From positions 1 through 64,000 of the forward strand of contig JAAHFN010000034.1 in NCBI GenBank assembly GCA_010672965.1: 64,000 bases of DNA, given 5' to 3'. Each line of letters begins with the position of its first letter. The stretch's first letter is position 1. The position numbers and the translations under genes were made by a program. The stretch comes from Oscillatoria sp. SIO1A7. Its GTDB lineage: Bacteria; Cyanobacteriota; Cyanobacteriia; Cyanobacteriales; Laspinemataceae. A model generated the notes under the pieces. That model saw nothing but the letters and a program-made list of their open reading frames with translations, searched no databases and was not told the DNA's origin. Shown piece after piece: positions 44,303 through 54,939 of the stretch.

Positions 44303-46210
44303 TTACTCAACCGTAACGGACTTAGCCAAATTACGGGGTTGATCCACATCCAAACCGCGACGGGCGGCGATATGATAAGCCAACAGTTGCAAGGGAATTA
44401 CCGATACTATCGGCGAGATTAACTCGTCAACATCTGGCACTGGCAAAATAGTATCGAAAACCTCCGCAGCTTCGGAAATATTTTTGGGAGTTACTCCGAT
44501 TAAGCGAGCATCTCGGGCTTTGGCTTCTTGGGCATTGCTGATGACTTTTTCATAGACGCTACCAGGCATAGCGATCGCCACCACCGGCACCTTATCATCC
44601 AACAACGCAATTGGTCCGTGCTTCATCTCCCCGGCGGGATACCCTTGGGCGTGAATATAGCTAATTTCCTTCAGCTTCAGGGCTCCTTCCAGAGCTATAG
44701 GAAAATTAATTCCCCGTCCCACAAAGACAAAATCCCGAGTATCCGCGAACCCGTGAGCAAACTCCTCAATTTGGCGCTCTTGACTGCTGAGAAACAGTTC
44801 TATTTGCCCGGGTAAATGGCGCAGTCCCGCGATAAGTTGCTCTATTTCCGACTCCGGCAAAGTCTGGCGTCGAGCGGCTAAATCAATTGCTAAGAAATAA
44901 AACGCCATCAATTGGGCGATAAAAGTCTTAGTCGCTGCTACTCCAATCTCAATTCCAGCCATAGTATCGATAATATGAGGAACCAGATGTCCCAGAGATG
45001 ACTCGGGTCGATTGGTAATACCCAGCATTCGGGGCCGGGAGGGTTCTGGCTGACCGGCACGCCGCTGTTGCTCCATTGCCAAAGCAGCTAGAGTATCTGC
45101 AGTTTCCCCAGACTGGCTAATGCCGATAGTCATAGTATTGGGGGTCAGAGGTGCTGGGGCGTAGCGAAATTCAGAAGCATATTCTATTTGAACGGGAATT
45201 CTGGCAAGTTTTTCTAGAATATATTTCCCTACCAAACCGGCGTGCCAGCTCGTACCGCAAGCCAGAATTTGGATTCGTTCCAAATTGGCATATAATTCTG
45301 GGGGCAAGCCGAGATTAACTGGCGTTTGTTCTTCTGCGGAGTCCGGTTTCCAGTCATCGTTTAAATAAGCATCCAAGCAAGCTCGCAATACTCCCGGTTG
45401 CTCGTATATTTCTTTGAGCATGAAGTGCTTGAAGCCTTGTTTCTCAACGACAACGGGATTCCAGTTGAGCAGGTGGGGCGTTTTTTTGAGGCGATCGCCT
45501 GCAAAGTTATAAACCTCTACGCCCAGGGGACTTAGTTTGGCCACTTCTCCATTTTCCAGAGGCAGTACCGCTCGGGTATGGGAGACTATAGCTGGCGTAT
45601 CGGAAGCGCAGAAAAATTCTCCTTGACCAAAACCAATAACCAGGGGAGCTTGTTGCCTAGCGACAATCAGCTCGTCGGGATAGTCCGCAGAGACTACCGC
45701 GATCGCAAACGACCCTTGAAGCATTAGTAGCGATCGTCGCACGGCATCCAAGAATTTAGAAGCATAAGCGCAGGCAGTATCTTGTGGCGTCTCTTGTTCT
45801 AAAAACTCGGCAATTAAATGGGGGATTACCTCCGTATCTGTTTCGGAGCTAAACTCGCGTCCTCGTTTTTTTAGCCCCTCTCGCAAATCGCGATAGTTTT
45901 CAATAATGCCGTTTTGCACCACTGCCACCCGTCCCGCCGTATCTCTATGGGGGTGGGCGTTGTGTTCCTCTGGTTTGCCGTGAGTGGCCCAGCGGGTATG
46001 TCCAATGCCAACCCCAGCCAGATTTTCCAACCCAACGAGCTTTTCTCGCAATCGGTAGAGTTTGCCCTTAGCTCGAATGCAAGTAATTTCTCCTTCCGAG
46101 ACTGTGGCTAAGCCCGCTGAATCGTAGCCCCGGTATTCCAGTTTTTCCAAACCTGCCAGCAAAAGTTCGCTCGCTGGTTGAGTGCCGATATAGCCAACAA
46201 TGCCGCACAT
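44303..46210 (-). CDS. glmS: Glutamine--fructose-6-phosphate aminotransferase (isomerizing)
   Basis: MCGIVGYIG N-terminal nucleophile; glutaminase domain plus two SIS domains; C-terminal KSVTVE. Confidence 0.92.
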   Translation of the reverse strand: MCGIVGYIGTQPASELLLAGLEKLEYRGYDSAGLATVSEGEITCIRAKGKLYRLREKLVGLENLAGVGIGHTRWATHGKPEEHNAHPHRDTAGRVAVVQNGIIENYRDLREGLKKRGREFSSETDTEVIPHLIAEFLEQETPQDTACAYASKFLDAVRRSLLMLQGSFAIAVVSADYPDELIVARQQAPLVIGFGQGEFFCASDTPAIVSHTRAVLPLENGEVAKLSPLGVEVYNFAGDRLKKTPHLLNWNPVVVEKQGFKHFMLKEIYEQPGVLRACLDAYLNDDWKPDSAEEQTPVNLGLPPELYANLERIQILACGTSWHAGLVGKYILEKLARIPVQIEYASEFRYAPAPLTPNTMTIGISQSGETADTLAALAMEQQRRAGQPEPSRPRMLGITNRPESSLGHLVPHIIDTMAGIEIGVAATKTFIAQLMAFYFLAIDLAARRQTLPESEIEQLIAGLRHLPGQIELFLSSQERQIEEFAHGFADTRDFVFVGRGINFPIALEGALKLKEISYIHAQGYPAGEMKHGPIALLDDKVPVVAIAMPGSVYEKVISNAQEAKARDARLIGVTPKNISEAAEVFDTILPVPDVDELISPIVSVIPLQLLAYHIAARRGLDVDQPRNLAKSVTVE

Positions 46211-46397
46211 TTACCGTTTCCTCTTCGATCGCATACATATATATTCATTTTTAGTTGCGCCAATTATAAAAACGGTTCCGGATGCTAGCGATTTTAGTAG
46301 TCGGTCAGCTATCAGCAGTCAGCTATCAGCGGTCAGCTATCAGCAGCCATTTATCAGCAGTCAGCTATCAGCAGTCAGCGGTCAGCAGCCATTTATC

Positions 46398-46514
46398 AGT
46401 ACTTACGCTTGCCTGTCCATATCTAGTCTTTGTAGGGGCAATCCCCCCGCGATTCTCAGGGGCCCAGACGCGGGGCGCGTTCGCCCCTATGACTAGAGTC
46501 TATGCGTAAGTCCT
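46398..46514. mobile_element. MITE family B copy (degenerate left end)
   Basis: AGTACTTACGC...GTAGGGGCAATCCCCCC...TGCGTAAGTCCT. Confidence 0.45.
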
Positions 46515-46735
46515 ATGTATGTAAGGTGGGCACCCTAAGCTAGCAGATCCTTATGACTGCTGACTGCTGAGTGGCGATCGCTATGACTGCTGAGTGGCGA
46601 TCGCTATGACCGCTGACCGGCAATCGCTATGACCGCTGACCGGCGATCGCTAAAAAAATAAAAAAGGGAGCCTATCGCCCCCTGATTTTCCAATATGGCT
46701 GTTTAGAGCCAGCTATATATATGATGTTTTCCTGC

Positions 46736-47083
<348 letters not shown>

Positions 47084-47163
47084 TTATCGCAGTCCTTCCC
47101 CCTGACTCGAAAAAGTCCCCATAACTTAAAAGTTCGTAATACTTGCTCTAATTTTTTTCGATC

Positions 47164-47251
47164 GGGACTTATGCAAATAGTAGGGTCGAAATCTACATCT
47201 AGAGTCTGGTGCTAGACTAGCACCCTACAAATAGATGCCTTGCGTAAGTCC
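47164..47251. mobile_element. MITE family B copy
   Basis: GGGACTTATGCA...TGCGTAAGTCCT. Confidence 0.45.
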
Positions 47252-47858
47252 TGTCTTAGTAATGCAATATCAATCCAGTAATTGCTGCTATTTCCTGACG
47301 TACCCAGGGATTTAAAGAGGGCCATTATAACCAGCTAGTGGGAGCCGCCTACGGAGTGTGGGAAGGGTGGGAAGGGTGGGAAGAGTAGCGACTGCTGCGA
47401 TCGCTACAGTCGCGTTCTTCCTGTATTTTAGAAAAATCGGCAAATTCTAAAAGCAGATTAGGAGAGCGATTGTATGCTATCTATCAGATAAGATGAAGAA
47501 ATACTAAAAATATGACGGTGCGGTCCAGGCATTAACAGCCAAAGCAATTACCTTGGCATAAGGCATAGGTATGAGGCATGAAAATGCTTCAGGATAAGCA
47601 ATGGTCCCTTAGCAAAGCGTTTCCATAGGAGAATCGCTCCCCAATCCTCTATTAACCCAGAGGTATTGAACCGGCATAGGGAAAAATGTGGCCCATAGCC
47701 AGAGCGATTTTTTTGGCAGCAAAGAAAAACTAGCCCCGATATCCACTTCTCGATCCAGATATCGATATGCGAGGTGGGCAACTGCAAAGTACGACAAAAT
47801 TCAAAGCAAAACCAGCCAAGTAAAACTTAACTTTAGTAGGCAAAAAGGAGAAAGTTTG

Positions 47859-48245
47859 ATGAGCGAGATAGTTGAAGAAACGGTAAAAGAAAATACCACA
47901 GTAGAAACCGGAGCAAGTGAAGAGGTAAAAGAAGATAGCGCAGCAGAAACCGGAGCAAGTGAAGAAAAGGTTGATAGCGCAGCAGAAACCGGAGCAAGTG
48001 AAGAAAAGGTTGATAGCGCAGTTGAAGAAAGGGTCAAAAAAATTACCGCAGAGCAACTGGGGGTTAAAGAAGAAGAGGTAACGATGGAAGCCAGTTTCGT
48101 TGACGATCTAGGCGCAGATTCCCTGGATACTGTGGAATTAGTAATGGCCTTTGAAGAAGAGTTTGGCACAGAAATTCCCGACGAGGAAGCAGAAAAAATT
48201 ACGACAGTAAAAGCTGTCGTGGACTACATTAAGTCGCATTCATAA
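47859..48245 (+). CDS. acpP: Acyl carrier protein with an unusual roughly 45-aa N-terminal repeat-containing extension
   Basis: C-terminal 80 aa ([66 protein letters not shown]) is canonical ACP with the DSL phosphopantetheine site; RBS AAAAAGGAG; the N-terminus has a 2 x 13-aa repeat [13 protein letters not shown]. Confidence 0.8.
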   Translation: MSEIVEETVKENTTVETGASEEVKEDSAAETGASEEKVDSAAETGASEEKVDSAVEERVKKITAEQLGVKEEEVTMEASFVDDLGADSLDTVELVMAFEEEFGTEIPDEEAEKITTVKAVVDYIKSHS

Positions 48246-48312
48246 AAAAAGAACCTGCCTCCACTTGTGTTCTGCGTTTTTGGTAGGGGGAAGACAAAGC
48301 TTCTGGAAAATT

Positions 48313-49602
48313 ATGACCAACTTTGAAAGGAAACGAGTAGTTGTAACGGGTCTCGGTGCGATTACGCCGATTGGCAATACTGTAGAGGAGTATTGGCAAG
48401 GGTTGGCGAGCGGGCGCAATGGTATTGGCAAAATTACCTTATTCGATGCGGCTAGTCACAAATGCCAGATTGCCGGTGAGGTAAAGGAATACGACCCGAG
48501 CGTATATATGACTGCCAAGCAAGCCAGACAAATGGATCGATTTGCCCAGTTTGCAGTATCTGCAAGCAAGCAGGCGATCGCCGATGCGGGGATTGTCGAT
48601 CCAGAATTAGCGATGGCCGATGCAGAATACAAAATAAGGCACCTGAACGCAGAACAGGTGGGAACGATAATTGGCACCGGCGTTGGCGGCCTGAAGGTGA
48701 TGGAGGAGCAGCAGAACGTGTATCTGGAAAAAGGGCCGGGTCGCTGCAGTCCTTTTATGGTGCCAATGATGATCGCTAACATGGCAGCAGGATTAACGGC
48801 GATTCACACGGGTGCAAAAGGTCCTAATTCATGTCCGGTTACGGCCTGTGCGGCGGGCTCCAATGCAGTAGGAGATGCCTTTCGACTCGTCCAGTTGGGT
48901 CACGCTAAAGCAATGATTTGTGGCGGGACGGAGGCCGCTGTGACGCCCCTGAGTCTGGCAGGGTTCGCCTCGGCACGGGCATTATCGACTAGCCATAATG
49001 ACGATCCACTCCATGCTAGCCGACCCTTCGATGTCGCTCGCGATGGGTTTGTCATGGGCGAAGGATCGGGGATTTTATTCCTAGAAGAACTAGAACATGC
49101 CCTGGAGAGAGGGGCAAAAATCTATGCGGAAATAGTTGGCTACGGGATGACCTGCGATGCCTATCACATGACCTCGCCGTCAATAGGAGGGACCGGAGCA
49201 GCAAAGGCAATGGAGCTAGCAATGAAAGATGCTGGGATTACTCCAGATCTTGTTAGCTATATCAATGCCCACGGCACCAGTACGGAAGCCAACGATAAAA
49301 ACGAAACTGCTGCGATAAAAACAGCTTTAGGCGATCGCGCCCTAAGCGTAGCGATTAGTTCCACAAAATCGATGACGGGTCATCTTCTAGGGGGATCCGG
49401 TGGCATAGAAGCAGTAGCAAGCGTAATGTCGATAGTGAATAACAGAGTACCGCCAACAATTAACTTAGACAAACCAGATACTCTATGTGACCTAGACTAC
49501 GTTCCCCATCAAAGCCGAGAGATGGAAGTATCGGTTGTCCTATCCAATTCCTTTGGATTTGGCGGCCACAATGTTACTCTCGTATTTAAAAAGTACAGCT
49601 AA
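48313..49602 (+). CDS. fabF: 3-oxoacyl-ACP synthase II
   Basis: RVVVTGLGAITPIGN; active-site Cys region; C-terminal NSFGFGGHN. Confidence 0.9.
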   Translation: MTNFERKRVVVTGLGAITPIGNTVEEYWQGLASGRNGIGKITLFDAASHKCQIAGEVKEYDPSVYMTAKQARQMDRFAQFAVSASKQAIADAGIVDPELAMADAEYKIRHLNAEQVGTIIGTGVGGLKVMEEQQNVYLEKGPGRCSPFMVPMMIANMAAGLTAIHTGAKGPNSCPVTACAAGSNAVGDAFRLVQLGHAKAMICGGTEAAVTPLSLAGFASARALSTSHNDDPLHASRPFDVARDGFVMGEGSGILFLEELEHALERGAKIYAEIVGYGMTCDAYHMTSPSIGGTGAAKAMELAMKDAGITPDLVSYINAHGTSTEANDKNETAAIKTALGDRALSVAISSTKSMTGHLLGGSGGIEAVASVMSIVNNRVPPTINLDKPDTLCDLDYVPHQSREMEVSVVLSNSFGFGGHNVTLVFKKYS

Positions 49603-49786
49603 GGTCTGAAACAAGGAGCGCAGTCAACTTGAAATTTCAGGCTTGACAATATTGATAGTTGAAAATCCCCAAAATCCCATTGCTCCCGATAGCGGGAACG
49701 TGGGATTATAATCTTGGGGCGATTTCTAATACCTGCATTCGCCCTGCCTCGTACCAGTAAATTACCGTCGTTAACAACAAGAGACT

Positions 49787-51790
49787 ATGGCCGTTGCAAC
49801 CAAACAATCGTTAGACGAATTGTGCATCAATTCCATCCGCTTTCTGGCTATTGACGCCGTAGAAAAGGCCAAGTCAGGGCATCCAGGACTGCCAATGGGT
49901 GCGGCCCCGATGGCATATGTGCTTTGGAATCGCTTAATGCGGTTCAACCCCAAAAATCCACAGTGGTTTAACCGCGATCGCTTCGTACTATCGGCAGGCC
50001 ACGGCTGCATGTTGCAGTACGCCCTGCTCCACCTGACTGGCTACGATAGCGTAACCCTCGACGACATCAAGCAATTCCGCCAGTGGGAGTCGAAAACTCC
50101 AGGGCACCCAGAAAACTTTATGACCCCTGGGGTGGAAGTAACTACCGGACCTCTGGGACAAGGGATTGCTAACGGAGTAGGTTTGGCGATCGCCGAAGCT
50201 CACCTAGCCGCCAAATTCAACAAAAAAGATTGCCAGCTCGTAGATCACTACACCTACGTCATTCTCGGCGATGGTTGCAACATGGAAGGGGTCTCCGGAG
50301 AAGCCTGCTCCTTGGCCGGTCACCTCGGCCTCGGCAAACTAATCGCCCTCTACGACGACAACCATATCTCCATCGACGGTGGAACCGAAATTTCCTTCAC
50401 CGAAGACGTAAACAAGCGCTTTGAAGCCTATGGCTGGCACGTCCAACATGTCGAAGGAGGCAACGATGACCTCGACGGCATCCAAAAAGCCATAGAAGCT
50501 GCCAAAGCAGTCACCGACAAGCCTTCCTTTATTAAAATCACCACAACCATTGGCTACGGTTCTCCCAAAAAGGCAGGAACTGCTGGGGTTCACGGAGCTG
50601 CGTTGGGTGGCGATGAAGTAGAGGCAACTCGCAAAAATCTAGGTTGGGAATACGAGCCCTTCGTAGTACCAGAAGAAGCCCTCAAGCACTTCCGGGAAGC
50701 TGTGGAGCGGGGCGCTTCCCTTGAGGCAGAATGGAATCAAACTTTGGCCACCTACAAAACCAAGTATTCCGCAGACGCTGCCGAGTTCGAGCGCTACACC
50801 AGCGGCACCCTACCGGAAGGCTGGGAGAAAGCTCTGCCTACCTACAGTCCCTCAGACAAAGCCCTGGCAACTCGCAAAAATTCTGAACTCACTCTAAATG
50901 CTCTGGCTCCGGTCATTCCCGAACTGATTGGCGGTTCTGCTGACCTGACCCACTCGAACCTGACCTTTTTAAAAGTATCCGAGAGTTTCCTGAAAGGGAA
51001 GTATGAAAACCGGAACCTGCGCTTTGGGGTTCGCGAGCATGGAATGGGCGCAATTTGTAACGGTATCGCCCTGCACAACTCCGGATTGATTCCTTACGGC
51101 GCAACCTTCTTGGTCTTTACCGACTATATGCGTGCGGCGATTCGCCTCTCGGCCTTGTCGGAAGCGGGCTCCATCTGGGTGATGACTCACGATTCAATCG
51201 CTCTGGGCGAAGATGGTCCCACTCACCAGCCCGTTGAAACTGTTGCCTCTCTGCGGGCTATTCCCGATCTGTTGGTAATGCGTCCTGCGGATGGTAATGA
51301 AGTTTCTGGTGCCTATAAGGTTGCTATTGAGAACCGCAAGCGGCCGACTCTGATCGCTCTAACCCGCCAAGGTCTGCCCAATCTGGCTGGCAGCTCTATT
51401 GAAAATGCGGCAAAGGGTGCTTATGTTGCCTCCGATAGCGAGGGCACTCCCGATATTATCCTGATCGGTACTGGCAGCGAAGTCAGCCTCTGCGAGGAAG
51501 CTGCCAAAGAGTTGCGGGGTGAAGGCAAGAAAGTCCGCGTCGTCTCTATGCCCTGCTGGAAACTCTTCGACGAGCAGGATGAAGCTTATCGCGAATCCGT
51601 ATTGCCCAAGTCTGTCACCAAGCGTCTGGCAGTAGAAGCCGGCACTAGCTTTGGCTGGGGCCGTTATGTCGGCAATGAAAGCAATACTGTTTGCATCAAT
51701 TCCTTTGGTGCTTCTGCTCCCGGTGGCGTTGCCATGAAGAAATTTGGCTTCACCGTCGAGAATGTGGTAGCTAAGGCTAAGGCTCTTTAG
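49787..51790 (+). CDS. tkt: Transketolase
   Basis: [15 protein letters not shown]-binding motif; 667 aa. Confidence 0.92.
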   Translation: MAVATKQSLDELCINSIRFLAIDAVEKAKSGHPGLPMGAAPMAYVLWNRLMRFNPKNPQWFNRDRFVLSAGHGCMLQYALLHLTGYDSVTLDDIKQFRQWESKTPGHPENFMTPGVEVTTGPLGQGIANGVGLAIAEAHLAAKFNKKDCQLVDHYTYVILGDGCNMEGVSGEACSLAGHLGLGKLIALYDDNHISIDGGTEISFTEDVNKRFEAYGWHVQHVEGGNDDLDGIQKAIEAAKAVTDKPSFIKITTTIGYGSPKKAGTAGVHGAALGGDEVEATRKNLGWEYEPFVVPEEALKHFREAVERGASLEAEWNQTLATYKTKYSADAAEFERYTSGTLPEGWEKALPTYSPSDKALATRKNSELTLNALAPVIPELIGGSADLTHSNLTFLKVSESFLKGKYENRNLRFGVREHGMGAICNGIALHNSGLIPYGATFLVFTDYMRAAIRLSALSEAGSIWVMTHDSIALGEDGPTHQPVETVASLRAIPDLLVMRPADGNEVSGAYKVAIENRKRPTLIALTRQGLPNLAGSSIENAAKGAYVASDSEGTPDIILIGTGSEVSLCEEAAKELRGEGKKVRVVSMPCWKLFDEQDEAYRESVLPKSVTKRLAVEAGTSFGWGRYVGNESNTVCINSFGASAPGGVAMKKFGFTVENVVAKAKAL

Positions 51791-51947
51791 GGCATTAGGG
51801 AGTAGGGAGTAGGGAGTAGGGTGTAGGGTGTACAGAAAAGTCAATAGTTAATAGTGAATAGTAAAAATCCCGATTCTTTCACTTTTCACTTTTCACTTTT
51901 CACTTCCTCCAATTCCCAATTCCCAATTCCCAATTCCCAATACAATA

Positions 51948-51983
51948 GAAACCCGGTTTGTTCAATTGAACAAACCGGGTTTC
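51948..51983. terminator. Perfect 36-bp palindrome GAAACCCGGTTTGTTCAATTGAACAAACCGGGTTTC after tkt, a member of the dispersed GAAACCCGGTTT...AAACCGGGTTTC palindrome family
   Basis: Read directly; related copies at 20655-20690, 26625-26775 (x3) and 44218-44290. Confidence 0.5.
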
Positions 51984-52526
51984 TGAGGATAGTGGGTTTA
52001 TTGCAAAAATCGCTGCCCAGAAATTATATAGCAGTAAGCGGTCAGCTTTCAGCGGTCAGCTTTCAGTACAAGTATTACCGTTCCTAGCTTTGGCCAAATT
52101 TGAACTATCCTAACCTTAATGCGTAGTGCTATAAAAAATGAGGAAAGCTTTAAGGCGCAGTCAGGGGTTACAGTTGTTTCTCCGTTGATGATTTCTCTGC
52201 CTAGGGTTTCGCTGCCGTTTCTACGCAGCCATTTTAGCGCAGGTTGAATACATATAGCAGTAAGCAGTCAGCTATCAGCAGTCAGCAAGGTGCGTCAAAG
52301 TCTTGCCATCTAAGCAATAGAGAGATTTGTAACCGTCCTAACCTTAGTGTGTAGTGCTATATATAATAATAGCATAGCTTGAAAAGCGCGATCGCTTTTA
52401 CGAAAATTGCTAGAGAAGGCAGACGGGCCACCTTACTTCTAAACGGGTTGCGGAGCGATCGCTCTTTGCTAAGTGAATCCCTCAAAACCATAATATTGCA
52501 CTACCAAGACATAAATAGATAAAAAT

Positions 52527-52772
52527 ATGACCGGCATTGTTATCCAAAACCTTGATGATGACTTCAAAGCGCGCCTGCAAAAGCGAGCAGAGGAGCGCGG
52601 GCGTTCCCTGGAAGAAGAAGCAAAAGAAATTCTCCGAATCGCACTGACCGAGAAGGCCGAGCAACCCGTCAATCTTGCCTTGGCTATTGAGAGACGCTTT
52701 GCCAATTTTGGCGATATTGAAATACCGACTATTCCCCGAGAACCGATGCGCGAACCACCCAAATTTGAGTAA
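52527..52772 (+). CDS. Ribbon-helix-helix antitoxin (VapB/FitA-like)
   Basis: MTGIVIQNLDDDFKARLQKRAEERGRSLEEEAKEIL is an RHH fold; 5 bp upstream of the vapC start. Confidence 0.6.
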   Translation: MTGIVIQNLDDDFKARLQKRAEERGRSLEEEAKEILRIALTEKAEQPVNLALAIERRFANFGDIEIPTIPREPMREPPKFE

Positions 52773-52777
52773 AATAC

Positions 52778-53214
52778 ATGATTATTCTCGATACCAATGT
52801 GTTATCCGAACTGATTAAAACCCAAGGCTCGATAGTTGTTCGTAGATGGGTTGCAGCACAACCTAATCTGAATTTGTTTAAACTACCATAACTCAAGCTG
52901 AAATTCTCTATGGAATTGCTTTATTGCCTTCTGGGAAACGTCAAAATCAATTGAATGAACAAGCTAAAATGATGTTTGCTGAAGATTTTGCAGGGCGCAT
53001 TTTACCTTTTGACGAAGCAGCAGCGAACGCTTTTGCAAAAATTGCCAGCGAAAGAAGACGGAGAGGCCGACCAATTTCCCAAGCTGATGCTCAAATTGCC
53101 AGTATTTGTTACGCTCGGAAAGCCGCGATCGCTACTCGCAATGTTTCTGACTTTGAAGAGTGTGGTATTTCTATAGTCAATTCTTGGAATAACGAATTCG
53201 ATCTTAATCATTAG
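52778..53214 (+). CDS. vapC: VapC/FitB-type PIN toxin, reading frame interrupted near 52887 (one-A deficit in an AAA run)
   Basis: MIILDTNVLSELIKT...(frame change)...TTITQAEILYGIALLPSGKRQNQL...GRILPFDEAAANAFAKIASERRRRGRPISQADAQIASICYARKAAIATRNVSDFEECGI, all VapC hallmarks. Confidence 0.6.
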
Positions 53215-53545
53215 ACCGTTCTTTTAAATATTGTTGATAGACGGGGTTGAACTGAAAATATTTATCTTGCCCTTGTCTTATACTATCGAGTAATAATCGT
53301 CTGCTCAGAGATTGAATGCCCGTCAAGACATCTGAAGTTGCTAAATTGACTGTCTTAAGGATTTGTTGTAAAGTTACGGGCATATTATCATCATTTATCT
53401 GAATCATTATTGCCCGTTCTGTCGGGGTTAGTCTTTGCCATTGTCGCTCTAGTTGCGATCGCAAAGTATTGGATAAAATCAAGCTTTGACATTGCATAAA
53501 TTCAGAAACTTTACCGCTAAATAAGTCTTGAATCGCGATCCTCAC
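53204..53545 (-). CDS. hypothetical protein
   Basis: 113-aa ORF; upstream of it on the minus strand (53546-53700) are two short ORFs (MTPEDKERLEACIAEAANILYRNKVK*) with no recognisable family. Confidence 0.3.
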   Translation of the reverse strand: MRIAIQDLFSGKVSEFMQCQSLILSNTLRSQLERQWQRLTPTERAIMIQINDDNMPVTLQQILKTVNLATSDVLTGIQSLSRRLLLDSIRQGQDKYFQFNPVYQQYLKERSND

Positions 53546-53883
53546 ATTTTGTTTGGATATTTTTTTGACTTATATGCAATATTTTCTCTAATTGTCCCTT
53601 CTAACATTTCAAAATACTGGGCCAAATTCATTTTACTTTATTTCTATACAAAATATTCGCAGCCTCAGCAATACAAGCCTCTAAGCGTTCCTTGTCTTCG
53701 GGAGTCATGGTTGCAAAAAATTAACTAATTTAGGTTATTCTATTGAGTCAAGGAGCTTGCTGTTTGATTGTTTAATCAAACACAAAACACAAAAAAATAT
53801 TTCGTATATTTCCGATCGGGATAATCAATTAACTATAAAGGTCTTTTGGCAAGGTCCGCTTTTTGGGTCTATTTGCAAATTTC

Positions 53884-53970
53884 AGGACTTACGCATAGAC
53901 TCTACCATAGGGGCGATCGCGGGGGGATTGCCCCTACCAATATCAGATCTCGATATTTTGTGTAAGTCCT
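53884..53970. mobile_element. MITE family B copy
   Basis: AGGACTTACGCA...GGGGGGATTGCCCCTAC...TGTGTAAGTCCT. Confidence 0.45.
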
Positions 53971-54939
53971 GAATTTGAAATGCTCCCATTACGGTCAAAT
54001 TAGGGTCAAATTAGGGAAATCTCTAGAGGGGAAAGTTAAGTCAAGAGGCGATCGCTTACTGCCCTCTTTCGAGCCAGCTCTCGTTCCTCCCCAGCAGCAT
54101 AGGAAGCGCTCCTAGCAGTCCCTCCTTGCAGTCCTGGATGTGGGAAGCACTGCCGCTTTCTGCGAGAGCATAGAGCATCCTTTTTAAGATACCCCTGCGG
54201 ATTTTTATATATTCTTAATCATTTTTCACCATGAACTCGACGAAAATAGCTCTACTTGAAAAACAAAATAAAAGCAGTAGCATAAGATACAAATCAATAG
54301 AATCGGCCGCTCTATGGCTCTATCTATTGTCGCGGTAAGGATAGCTCCCGAGAGATTCTCCTGCAAAGACGTTTCGCGATCGCCCTAATTGCTGGAGCGG
54401 TATAGCTGCATTGCAACGAAAGTAAGATTCTCGCGAGCGGGCAGTGAGGGTGCCTGAATGAACAAACAACAGCTCGTAAGAGTCGAGCTTTTGCCTGACG
54501 GCTCAAAAAACTTAACACACAACCAGGGGCAATCGCTGTAGAATATCTGCAAATAGCCGGGTCGCGATTATAAAAACCATGACCTTTAAAATAGGAAACG
54601 CTCGTCGTGTTGTATGGGGCTGTAACCCCCCAAGGTGGAGGTTCGGCTAAAGACGAGGTAGATGGAAAATGCTTCGGGGTACGCGAAGAGCGGAATGCCC
54701 CCGTGCCTGCATATCCTCGGACGAGCTTTGCTGCGATCGCTCTTCGCGTACCCGCAGGGCAATCGTGTAGTTTGACAAGAGCGTTATTATAAAGTCCTCT
54801 ATATAACGGCGGACTTCCAGGAATCAACCATGAGCGCATATAGATCGTCATATAGATCCTTATATATGCGCTCCTTTTGACGGCAGGTTCCAGCAATATC
54901 GATAAAATTCTTAGGGTTCATTAATCTAGAGCGTTATCT

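Noticed and set aside
54324-54896. 190-aa minus-strand ORF; also considered as an RNase P RNA or tmRNA locus
   Set aside because: The ORF has a highly aberrant composition and no RBS. The RNase P P4 motifs (GGAAAGUCCGGGC / ACAGAACCCGGCUUA) and tmRNA hallmarks are only weakly approximated. The region is kept as an unexplained structured non-coding region in the findings, not as an annotated feature.
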